A model generated the notes under the pieces. The model searched no databases. It had not been told where the DNA came from and saw nothing but the letters and a program-made list of their open reading frames with translations. From Vairimorpha necatrix (lineage: Eukaryota), in the NCBI GenBank assembly GCA_036630325.1, contig CP142730.1:558001-622000 (forward strand): 64,000 bases of DNA, written 5' to 3'. Position 1 is the first letter of the stretch, and each line of letters starts with the position of its first letter. The position numbers were made by a program, and so were the translations under genes. Positions 1 to 11,294 of the stretch are shown one piece after another.

Positions 1-754
1 ATATCGCGCCGAGTGGATTTTCCCCAGACAGCAAATTATATCTTTAGGCGAGGCATCATCTGAAAACTATGAAAGGCCCATATTATCATCCGCATCCTGC
101 TATTCGTCATTTTCACATATAGCTACCAACCGCATTTTATGTTTTGCGTTGACTTATTTTTTCAATAGCATTGCCGTCTTAGCTAATAGAATATAGATGG
201 GCATTCACAACCTTTTCCTACATCGTAAAGTTTTTTTAGTGTACCGAAGGATCACGCTTTCAGGACATAAACAGGGTCTTTTTTATTGTCCATATAGTAT
301 TTTATTGAGTTTGAAATAACAATAAAATAACAACAACCTTGCTAAAAGTACGTTTTATTATAAAACAAATTTTTCGAGAACCACATGTCTAAATAATCGG
401 TTTTTATTGACAGAATAAATTAAACATGTGAACAAATGTAAAATTTTTAGTAGTACAAGAACAAATGTCTCTCGAAAAAAACGAATTCGATTTCTTTTGA
501 ATCAAAAAACCTCTTTCGAGTACTAAAATGAGACATTCTTAGAGATCTCGTAATTTATAGACGTTATGGAATTTATTGACACTTAGCACCGAGACCTTTG
601 AGTAAAACATATGACTAAGATTAATCTGTCGTACATGAGGATAAATTCTATTTCTAAAAAATGTGCATCATTATAGACTTTGTAAAATTTTTATAAAAAA
701 TTAGTAGCAAAACCTAGGATTACATAAAAAAAAGATATAGATCAGATAAAATAA

Positions 755-1511
755 TTTTTTTTGCAAGTAAGTGTTAAAAATCTTATTGGCCTAGATGAAT
801 CGGATGTGATCCTTTTCCAATTTTACTGTTAAATTATTACTTACTTAAACTCCCCCATATTACATGCCGATGCAGCAATCTCCGCCTTGCCCATTGAACT
901 TGGCTCCAAAAGTCATTTTTTATTTATGCCTTTAATCGCGTTTAAGTGACCTCACGGCTGATATACTTAACAGGCATGGTTTTTTTAGCCCGAGGAGTGA
1001 CATCATTATGCTAACTCAAAGGTCTCAAAGAACATCTGTTAAGCACACAAGGGGTGTACAATCATTACATAACCAGCCAGGTATTTTCATTAGCTGTCAA
1101 CCTTAGTTCCTACCACTAGATTCATCCGCCAGATCACATACCCTGTAGAACAAGGTCCAAAAGGACTTCTGTTGCTTACTTCGTCTTGTCTTTGTTTAGC
1201 TTTAATATAACACTCTAGAGTGCTCCTGCCATGGGCTTCAATGAGGCCATATCCATCAGACACTTTCATGTATTATAAAGCCACTTTTAGAGGTTAGTGC
1301 TTCTGGTATTAAGTGCTGTTCCTATACCAGACACCAATTCACTTATTCCTGGGCCCATACAGGTTTCATTGAATCAACTTAATGATTTTGTAGACATTTC
1401 ATCCTCTGAGTTGATCCACTGCACCATAGAAAGTAGAAAAAAATTTTGGTAGCCCTGACATTCGAACTTAGCATTGTATAATGATAGCGTCGCCTTCTAC
1501 ATCTAAGGCTA
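755..1511 (-). mobile_element. tRNA-headed SINE-like element, copy 1 (diverged)
   Basis: Colinear similarity to the 11295-12080 copy (e.g. CCCGAGGAG.GACATCAT, CACTCTAGAGTG, TTTCATTGAA, CATAGAAAGTAGAA). T-run at 755-762 is the A-tail on the minus strand. Degenerate B box (GTTCGAAT on minus) near 1460. Confidence 0.85.
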
Positions 1512-2042
1512 AAAACTATTTTGAAGTTTTTTGTTAATTGTGATTTTTATGAAGATTGATCGCCGCAATTTTCTTTCATAATGTTGTAATGGTAAAATCC
1601 AAAAACGAATAAATATTTAACTATTGCATTAGACCGAGCAAATGTTCTAATTTAAATTGGGGAAATTAATAAAAAAATTTCCTGTATTTATAACACCACA
1701 ATTTTTGCCATTCAAGATCAATGTTCATACTTTTAATACACATAGAAAAAAATCTTTTTGTTAGTGTATTGACACATTGGTCGCTTACACTTGCAGTTTA
1801 ATCATACCTCTCTAAATACACAATACTCTTTGGGCCCTCCGTATTTTTTCAATATATATGATTATTTTTATGCTTTAAATACCTTGTAACAAGTATACAA
1901 GCATTTTATTGGGCAATAACTAGATCTTTTCCAATAAATATATATATTATATAAAATAACTCAGTATATCTATCCTGTGAATAAAATATAGTTTAATTTA
2001 AAATACACATGAATTTTTAGCTTATCCCTCTATATTTGTATA

Positions 2043-2819
2043 GGTGCCCTTAGCTCAGTGTTGAAGGCGATGATTCTATTGAGCAACGGCTGGGTTCGAT
2101 TCCCGTGGCAATAAAATAGCTTCTACTTTCTATGACGCAGTTGGAACAACTCAGATGATGAAAATCTCCATGATAATCATTAAATTGATTCATTGAAACT
2201 TGTGTGTGTCCAGCCACAAAGGGATTAGCATATATTGTAGAACGCACCTAAAGGCCAAAAAAATAGTATCACCTCCTTGGTAATTTAATGATACATAAAA
2301 GTATCTAATGGGTACGGCCTAGTTGGAGCCCATGGCTGGTGCACTCTAGAGTGGGATCCTAGAGCTAACTAAGAAAAAAGACGAAGTTAAGAAACAGAAG
2401 TCCTTTTGGACCTTGTTCTACGGGGTATGTGATCCGGTGGACGAATCTAGTGGGAGAGACTAAGGTCGAAAGCCAATGAAAATACCTGGCTGGTTATGTT
2501 GTGATTGTACACCCCTTGAATGCAATATGGATGATTGTAGGGACCTTTGAGTCAGTACGATGATGTCTCTCCTCGGGTTATAGATAACCATGTCAATAAG
2601 GATATCTGCTGTGAGGTTATTTTGGACGCAATTTGAGGTATTAATAGACAATGTTCTTTAATATCCAAATTTCAATATTATACGATAGGGGTTCTGCGCT
2701 TAAAAGTAATTTAATAGGAGTTTAAGTGAGTAAGAATTTAAGTAGCAGTTGGATGAGGATTAACATTGAATCCCTTTAGTCCTTACGTAACTGATATTTT
2801 CAACTTTTATTATAAAAAA
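2043..2819 (+). mobile_element. tRNA-headed SINE-like element, copy 2
   Basis: Starts GGTGCCCTTAGCTCAGTG (A box) and has GGGTTCGATTCCC (B box/T arm). The body matches the other copies, with a deletion near 2690-2720, and the end is A-rich. Confidence 0.88.
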
Positions 2820-3279
2820 TATGACAAAACGCGCTGAACAAAAAGTATTTTCTCAATAAATTTTTTTTTAATTAGCATGGTAAAATAAAATGCAAATATT
2901 TTTTTCACAAAAAGCATTATGTGAATACTAAAACAATTTTCTATCAACGAGTCCAACTATTGAACATGTATTAGATAATTCCTAAGTTATATGATTTTAC
3001 CTCACTTCTAAGTTTGTTCATAAATTCTTATAATTTTACACAAGAAGATTTGTGGCTAGTTTAAGAAAGTGAAGCTTATTATGATGAAGATGCCTTCGCT
3101 TTTGTTGTATAATTGCTTTGTCTAGTGATCTGAGAGAGATAATATAAGATACTTGATGTGCTAGAAAAAAGCAAATACGATGTCTCGTTAAAGTTATCCT
3201 AAGGGTTTTTTGTATCTGTCCTGCATTAAAAAGAGTTTATAATTTTAAAAATTGTGATGAAGTGGCCATATCATAGTAG

Positions 3280-3797
3280 AAAATGCTAACCACATCGTCT
3301 TTAAAAAGTTTTATCACTGACGACGCGGCTACTCAACATTTAAACAAAATAGTACTTTAGAAATGTGTAAATAATTGCAAAATCATTTATAGTTAGTAAG
3401 TGCTAAATAAAAATTTAATATAAAAAGAAGTTAATGTAAAGGGCTGGAATACAAAAGCGACAAAGAAGCCATCAATAAAAACCATAATATTGATGGTTAT
3501 TCAGAAAAATATTATAAAAATAGTATCGTTCCCATAATACAGGACAATAATATTTTTCTGAATAACCATCAATATTATAATTTTTATCGATGGCTTCCTT
3601 GTCGCTTTTGCATTCCACCCCTTACAACAAACTTCTTTTTATATTTTATTTTTAATTTAATTAGTTACTCAAGACTTATTAACTATTAATGACTTTACAA
3701 TTAAAAACACATTTCTAAAGTACTATTTTGTTTGCTTGTTGACGCGCCGAGTCGTCATTGATGAAACTTTTGACAGATGATGTGGTTGACATCTTTT
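3280..3797. repeat. Long imperfect palindrome (~240 bp arms, 31 bp spacer at 3516-3546)
   Basis: Examples of paired arm segments: AACCACATCGTCT with AGATGATGTGGTT, CAAAATAGTACTTTAGAAATGTGT with ACACATTTCTAAAGTACTATTTTG, TGATGGTTATTCAGAAAAATATTAT with ATAATATTTTTCTGAATAACCATCA. Confidence 0.9.
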
Positions 3798-6700
3798 ATT
3801 ACTAATTATTAACGATATTAGACGAAATAAAAAAAAACAAGTAATGCAGTATAAGGATGCGTAATTTAAGAGCAATAACAATAAGGCTTTATCAATAAAC
3901 GTATGCATGCTTAATATGCCATTTAAGCCATCTTCAATATTTGGACTATGTAGCGTCCTGAGCGCGCTATATCTTAAAGTAATTCCTTTTGCAAAGTCTG
4001 ATAGTTCGTCAAAATCTTCAACATAAACAACTTCTGAAAGTAGCTGTTTTTTGTATAAAATTTGTAAAGCAATAGCAGAAAAGAATCATAGATTTGAGTC
4101 TTCTTATTCTATATGTAAAGTGTTCCGCCTGCTTTCCTATATATTCAAATATTAGTATGTTAATATTATTGGTTTAATACAAATTAATTAAAAATTCGTC
4201 GGGAAAAAAGCAGTTATAAAAAAAGTCATTATCTAATTTTTAAGATAAAAATACATGTATTAGAATTACTTATTGTGATTTTTATTACATATAATCGCGC
4301 AATGAGCAATAAAATTGATTTAAAATGTAAACACATGTTTCTACATAAATCAAGAATTTTCAATACAGCAACATCTATAGTACTTTTTTTGCATTTGAGT
4401 TTAATACTATAACATAATTTTGTTATCTTAATCTTATTATATGTGGTCTCATGTTTAAAGACAAAAATCATGGAATTAAAAAAACAATTTGCTGTCATTT
4501 GTTTATAAAGCACAAAACATGATTTTCTTAATATATTTTGGTAAATACAAAACTTTTATATATGAATCGCAATAGTATTGCGGTAGAATAAGAGTTGTTT
4601 TTTTGCTTCGGTGCATATATTTTATCCTGATAGAGCTAATATATAGTCATATTACTTAGTGTAAGCACTATAGTTGTGGGAAACCATGGCTTATGTGGTC
4701 GTGTCGATTACCTATATATTTATTTGATTATAAGTTATTGTAAAATAAAGAAAAAACCTCAATGAGTTGCTAAAAACTATGTTGTCTGTAAAGGCATTTA
4801 TTGTTTACATTTAAGACGTATAAAACACATCTAAAAATATGTCAAATATAATTAAGAAAAGAAAACACTACAAAATTCTATTTTTGATAATTAAAAAGAG
4901 GTTTAACACTTTTTAATTTATTATTTTAATTTAAATGCCAGTAAATTTAAAATTGGTCGCATACTATCGTTTTTTTAGTCTTGTTCGCCAGATTTGGGTA
5001 AATGTATATAAATTTATAAAATTAATGCTACCAATGAAGTACATTGATGCGTAAATGAATGGCTGGAAAAAACTAAATCATGTATAACGATTATATAGAT
5101 AAAAATGTGTTGATTGTTAAAAGAAGGATTTCACTATGCTATTATGATATAGTTTATCATACAACGAAGTATCTAGTGATCTTTAAGATTAAAATATCAT
5201 CTAGCCACGTTAAATTAGCAAATATACAATTTTGAAAGGTTTTTTATGTAGAATTAAGTTTTAATATAATAATGTAAATATACAAAAAATTAGTATTGAC
5301 ACAAATTATGTGATGATTACTAATGAGGAAATAGATTAAGAATTAAATATAAAAGAAGTTAATGTAAAAGGTTGGAATACAAAAGCGACAAAGAAGCCAT
5401 CAATAAAAACAATAATATTGATGGTTATTCAGAAAAATATTATTGTCCTGTATTATGGGAACGATACTATTTTTATAATACTTTTCTGAATAACCATCAA
5501 TATTATGGTTTTTATTGATGGCTTCCTTGTCGCTTTTGCATTCCACCCCTTACAAAAAACTTCTTTTTATGTTTTACTTTTAATTTAATTAGTTACTCAA
5601 AACTTATTAACTTTTAATGACTTTACAATTATAAACACTTTTTAAAGTACTATTTTGTTTGTTTGTTGACACGCCGCGTCGTCATTGATGAAACTTTTGA
5701 CAGATGACGTGGTTGACATCTTTTATTACTAGTTATTAACGATATTAGACGAAATCAAAAAAAAAAAAGTAATGCAGTATAAGGTCCGAAATCGAAGAAC
5801 AATGACAATAAAGCTATATCAATAAACGCATGCATGCTTTATATGTCATTTAAGCTATCTTCAAAATATTTGGACTATGTAGCGTCCTGAGCGCGCTATA
5901 TCTTAAAGTAATTCCTTTTGCAAAGTCTGATGGTCCGTCGAAATCTTCAACATAAACAACTTCGGAAAGAAGCTGTTTTTTGTATAAAATTTATACAGCA
6001 ATAGTAGAAAAGAATCATATATTTGAGTCTTTCTATTCTTTCGTAAGGTGTCCCGCCTGCTTTACTATTTGAAAATATATTAGTATGTATATATTATTGG
6101 TTTAACACAAATTAATTTAAAATTCGTCACAAAAAAACCAGTTTATAATATAAAAGCCATTATATAATGTTTAAGATAAAAACACATGTAGAAGTATTAA
6201 TTTATTGTGATTTTTATTGCTCATAATCACGCAATGAGTAATAAAATAGATTTAAAAATAGAAACACATATTTCTACATAAATTTAATTTTCAATACAGC
6301 AACATCTATAGTATTTTTTTGCGTTAAGTTCACTCCTCTAACATAATTTTGTTATCTTATTCAAAATTATATGTGGTCTCATGTTTTAAAGACAAAAATT
6401 ATGGAATTACAATTATAATTTACTGTCATTTAATTATAAGACAAAAAATATGGTATTCTTATTATATTTTAGTAAATGAAAAAGTTTTATACATGAATTG
6501 CAATAATATTGGGGTATAATAAGAGTGTTACGATGCCTCAATTCATATATTCTAATCTGACAGAGCTAATATTATATCAAATTAATTAGTGCAAGCACTA
6601 TAAATGGGAAAATTGTGGCCTTTATGGTCGTGTCGATTACCTATAATTTATTTGATTATAAGCTATTGTAAATTAAGAAATATCCTTGATGAGTTGCTAA

Positions 6701-7268
6701 AAACTATGTTGTCTGTAAAGGCATTTATTGTTCACATTTAAGACTTATAAAACGCATCTAAAATATTGTAAAAACAATTAAGAAAGGAGAACACTAAAAA
6801 ATTCTATTTTTATAATTAAAAAGAGGTTAACACTATTTAATTAATTATTTTCCTTTAAATGCCAGTAAATTTTAATAGGGTCGCATACTATCGTTTTTAG
6901 GTCTCCTTCGTCCGATTTGGGTAAATGTATATAAATTAACAAAAATTAACGCTACCAATGAAGTATACCGATGCGCAAATTAATGGCTGGAAAAATCTAA
7001 ATCTTGTATAACGATTATATAGATAAAAATGTGTTGATTGCTAATAGATGGATTTCGCTATGCTCATATGGTATAGTTTATCATAAATGAACTATCTAGA
7101 GACCTTATGAGAAAATTTATTCCAAGACTCGACAATATAGTAAATAAACAATTTTGAAAGGTTTTTAAAGAAGATTAAGTTTCAATACAATAATGTTAGC
7201 ATACAAAAAATAGTATTGACATAAATAATGTGATGATTACTAATGAGGAAATGAATTATGAATTAACA
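3412..7268. repeat. Direct tandem duplication of a ~1.93 kb unit (about 3412-5345 and 5346-7268), followed by a (TA)n tract
   Basis: Matching blocks at an offset of ~1920-1930 bp throughout, e.g. GGACTATGTAGCGTCCTGAGCGCGCTATATC, TGGTCGTGTCGATTACCTATA and TGTGATGATTACTAATGAGGAAAT. There are many substitutions between the copies. Confidence 0.92.
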
Positions 7269-7294
7269 ATATATATATATATATATATATATAT
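7269..7294. repeat. (TA)n microsatellite
   Basis: Direct TA run at the end of the tandem duplication. Confidence 0.9.
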
Positions 7295-10064
7295 GGTATA
7301 AATATGAAAAAATATGTTCTTTTTGGTCTATATATAAAATGATGTGATTATAAATGTTTTAATACACCAAAGGAAGGTCAATATACAATCATAAAAATTT
7401 TATATTAAATGTGTAATATCAAAGAAAAGTTTTTTGATAACTCTTTATTAAAGAAATCGCGAAATTTAGAAGGGATGAGTATTGAGAAAATAAGAGCCGA
7501 ATCATTTACTAAAAGACAGAATCTAGTAAGGCTTAAGCTAAAGGCTTAGTTTTTTTTTTTGATATTTTATTCTTCTATTTTATTTTATCTTAGCCCAAAT
7601 GATAGGCAATTTATTCTCTCATAGCATAAACTAAAAAATTTAGAAGGTATGGTGATTCTAGGTATCAAACAATTAGTATATAAATTGCTGAAATATAAAA
7701 AAAAATCATTTCATTTTATTTATTTTTGTCGTTGCTTTAATTGTTTGTAGCTTTTTGTCATGTTTGTTTTTTTTATTTTATAAAAAATTGATAGTATAAC
7801 AACATTTTCGCATAGCATAATATCAAATAATCGAAGTAAAATTTCGACCTTTGAAGTAATAAACAATGAACATTGCGCTACATTAGAAACTAATTTATAT
7901 TTTTTATAATTAGCAATTTCTTTAAATTTTTAAGAAAGTTGTGAATACTACTCTAAGATTTAAATTAAAATTTTGATTTTAACGTCCGTCATACATATAT
8001 ACAAACTAGATATGGCCCGTGTTTGAGTTTTTCCATTTTAATTTTTATATTTTTTGTTTGTTTTTTAATTTATAATATTTGTAATATTGAAAAACGAATA
8101 TTTTTTACACGATCGCATTATGGTCTCATTTTAAATATTCGTATTTATGTCATAAAGGCATCAAATTTACCAAAATTTAATTAATTTTAATCTTATAAAA
8201 GAAAAGAAAAAACCAACCCCATCGGATGTTTTCTTATTTAGAGTTTTTATTTACATACAAGAAAAATCCGCTGCTAATAGTGTAAACAACTCAGATAAAC
8301 CTTTACAAGAAAATATCGAGGAATTGCATGAATATAAAAATTCTCACATCTAAGGAAACGAAGGTAAAATAAAGATAATTTTGACAGTTTTATAGATGAA
8401 ATGAGATTTCCAAAAAATCCAACCTGGTTGGCCAAAAGCAATTATCGGAGGAATATGAAATTCTACAAGAAGATTTAGATTTTCAAATATTTTAAAAAGC
8501 TCTTCTTAACAATTCTGATGAAATAGAACATCATGCCAAAGGAAAAGCTGTTGTATATTCCCTTGCTAATCAGCTTAAAAAATTGTGTAAAGCCGCCTTA
8601 TAAATTGATTTTTGAGAGAAAAAAAGAAATTCTGAAGGTATTAAACAATCTGTAAAAAAATTAGTTGCCAGTAAATAAGACAAAGAAATCAATTTATCAG
8701 ATGTTCAAGAAAACAAAGAACAATGTAAAAGTTTAAATTAATGATATAATCAATAAAATTTGTATCATCATAAAAAATAAATTTATCCTTTTAACTATAT
8801 GCGTCATTTATACTCGCATGTTGTTAAAACAATTTCTCATCTTTAATTGTCTCGTGTTCTATTTATTTCATATAATCATTGGTTTGCCCTACTTCAGCAA
8901 TATCCTCTGATGTTCATCGAAATTACCTTTTGAGGGATTCGTAGTTATTGGGAATATTAGACTATATATTAATAGTTATTATAATAGGTAAATTTTAATG
9001 TTTATGAAGAAAGTCGTAATTTTTTAGTTTTGTCTATATTAATCTAGGTTTTACTATTGAATATTGCAAAATCTTATTAAATAAATGTGGCATTTAAATA
9101 AATTAAATGAATTATATTATAATAGATTTATTATTTGATTCATAGACCAAAGCTTTAAGACTTAAATATATATATATATATATGTTTTTAATTTTTTTTT
9201 TGTCTAAAACACTCTTCTGCTTTAAAAATTCTAAAAAATGTATGATTCTGAATTTTTACTAGCATAATTACAGCTTTTGTTCATTATTAGCTTTAAGGAC
9301 AACATATTGTTGCAATAGTAACCAGATTAAGTCCTATGGGGACAAACATTACAGATTTTATTACATAACAAGTCGTAGCGATGATTCATGCTCCTTTAGT
9401 GGGGATGGTTTTTTTTTGATGTAGTCCTGGACCTTGAGAGCGAACTTAGACAGAATGGACTTGATATAAAAAGGATTTAGTAATTTTTTACTTAGATGCT
9501 TAAATATGACTCATAAAGGTTCTGTATAGTTGTATCGTGTTGACATCAAATTATAATGTATGCTTGCCATTCTAAGACAATTTACCGTATGTGTTTCGAA
9601 AATAAAAACAAGACATGATTTATTATCATAAATTGCATATCAATTGCTTGTAACCCTTAATTTTAACTCGATAATTTTTTCTGCAGAAATAGCACATCAG
9701 TCGAACGTAATAATATCCTTGTGGAGTTTTTATAATATGATTTTTAAGCGGTATTAATATATATATTAATATTGTCTTTTTTGTAATTTTGATATAATAT
9801 ATTTTTGCAATATTAAAAAGACAATGCAGTATTGTTATTAAAAGATAGTGTAATTTAATTTTATGTTGCAAGTAGTCTAAAAACTGTCAACATATAGACT
9901 TAATTTTCATTTAAAAACACAGATATCTTTTTTATTAAAAATGAGATAAATTTGAGGATTAAACTGTCGTATAAAATTATTTGATACGTCAATATTTGCT
10001 GTCAAAACAAGGCTTTAAAAAGAAAAGAAGAAATTTTGATTAAAACATTTGTTTTGAAAAAATA

Positions 10065-11207
10065 CTATTTATTCAATGCTTCCACGCCTGGCATCTTAGA
10101 GTTACCTAATAATTTTAGAAAAGCGCCGCCACCTGTAGAAACATGGTAAAAATCTTCTATTTTTCCAAATTTACGGACACAGGCCGCCGTTTCACCTCCG
10201 CCAACTACAACCCTCTGTTTGTTTGATAATATTTTTACTAAATTTTTACTGCCTGCGCTCGATTCGTCATTTTCAAATATTCCAGGCGGTCCATTCCAAA
10301 ATATTTTATCAGTTCCTCCAATAACTTCTTTAAGCTGTTCTAATGTTTCCATTCCAATGTCCACAACTTGCCCATCTTTTGGAATATCTTTAGCATAAAA
10401 AGTTTTCCCATTGCTGCTAACTTTATAATCATGTGTCACAAAAATTTTTACATTGTGATTACTAGCTAACTCATAAATTCTTTCAATAATATCAGCCGCA
10501 TCTTCTTCAATCTTTGACTTGCCTATTTCAACACGAAAATGATATTTTAGAAATGAACATGCTAATGCACCAACTATAAATACATTTTTACATTTGGGTA
10601 TTAATGTCTCCAATATGGTAATTTTATCTTTAATTTTGCATCCTCCTAAAATAATAAGTTCCACTCCTTCATTTTTAATATCCTCACCAATAGATAATTC
10701 TTTGCTAACTAAATTCCCTACGTATGGTGTTAACCCTGTATAACACACAGAATAATCATTCCTATGTAAAACTCCAAATGCGTCAACAATTAGAATGTCA
10801 ACATAGTTGTTAAAAAACGAACTTAATGATTTGTCGGAACTAGACTTTGAAAAATTTTGTTCTTCGGGATAAAATCGAAGATTTTCTATCATTACAAGTT
10901 TTTCGTTATTATAATCTTCAATACTACAAAATTTTAAATCTTCTCCCATTTCGTCCTTAATTAATTTTTTTAAGACGTTATAAATTGGCCTACAACTATA
11001 TCTTTCGTCAAATTTCCCTTCTGGGCGACTAAGATGACTTCCAATTATAATTCTAGCTGGGTTTTGATTTATTACATCTAAGATAGTTGAAAGTGATGCA
11101 CGTATTTTATAATCATCGATAATTTCTCCATTTTGTATTGCTACGTTGTAATCCATTCTGATAAAAACATTTTTATTTTCAATCGAAGCTTCTTGAATAG
11201 TTTTCAT
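10065..11207 (-). CDS. PGK1: Phosphoglycerate kinase
   Basis: Motifs RMDYNV, SHLSRP, ENLRFYPEE, LGGCKIKDKI, DIG, WNGPPGIFE, GGGETA, HVSTGGGAFL and MPGVEAL. Confidence 0.97.
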   Translation of the reverse strand: MKTIQEASIENKNVFIRMDYNVAIQNGEIIDDYKIRASLSTILDVINQNPARIIIGSHLSRPEGKFDERYSCRPIYNVLKKLIKDEMGEDLKFCSIEDYNNEKLVMIENLRFYPEEQNFSKSSSDKSLSSFFNNYVDILIVDAFGVLHRNDYSVCYTGLTPYVGNLVSKELSIGEDIKNEGVELIILGGCKIKDKITILETLIPKCKNVFIVGALACSFLKYHFRVEIGKSKIEEDAADIIERIYELASNHNVKIFVTHDYKVSSNGKTFYAKDIPKDGQVVDIGMETLEQLKEVIGGTDKIFWNGPPGIFENDESSAGSKNLVKILSNKQRVVVGGGETAACVRKFGKIEDFYHVSTGGGAFLKLLGNSKMPGVEALNK

Positions 11208-11294
11208 TGCTATAAAAAAGATATTTATTTTTATTTTTTAAATTACCAATAAAATTTTTTGCAAATTTATTTGTTTCATTTAAAACGTGTTTTT

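Noticed and set aside
1-295. Coding-like minus-strand stretch starting MDNKKDPVYVLKA
   Set aside because: It has several in-frame stops and is truncated by the window edge; no family recognised.
1530-1815. Possible Merlin transposase N-terminal Zn-ribbon relic (CKCKRPM...LWCY, minus strand)
   Set aside because: Too short and too degenerate to support by eye.
2043-2112. Stand-alone tRNA genes at the element heads (also 12008-12080 and 41171-41238)
   Set aside because: The stems are mismatched, the anticodon loop is non-canonical, and each head is attached to the same repeat body. Treated as SINE heads.
8220-8760. Purine-rich coding-like region after a CCCC motif
   Set aside because: Broken by stops and frameshifts with no recognisable domain; at most an unidentified pseudogene.
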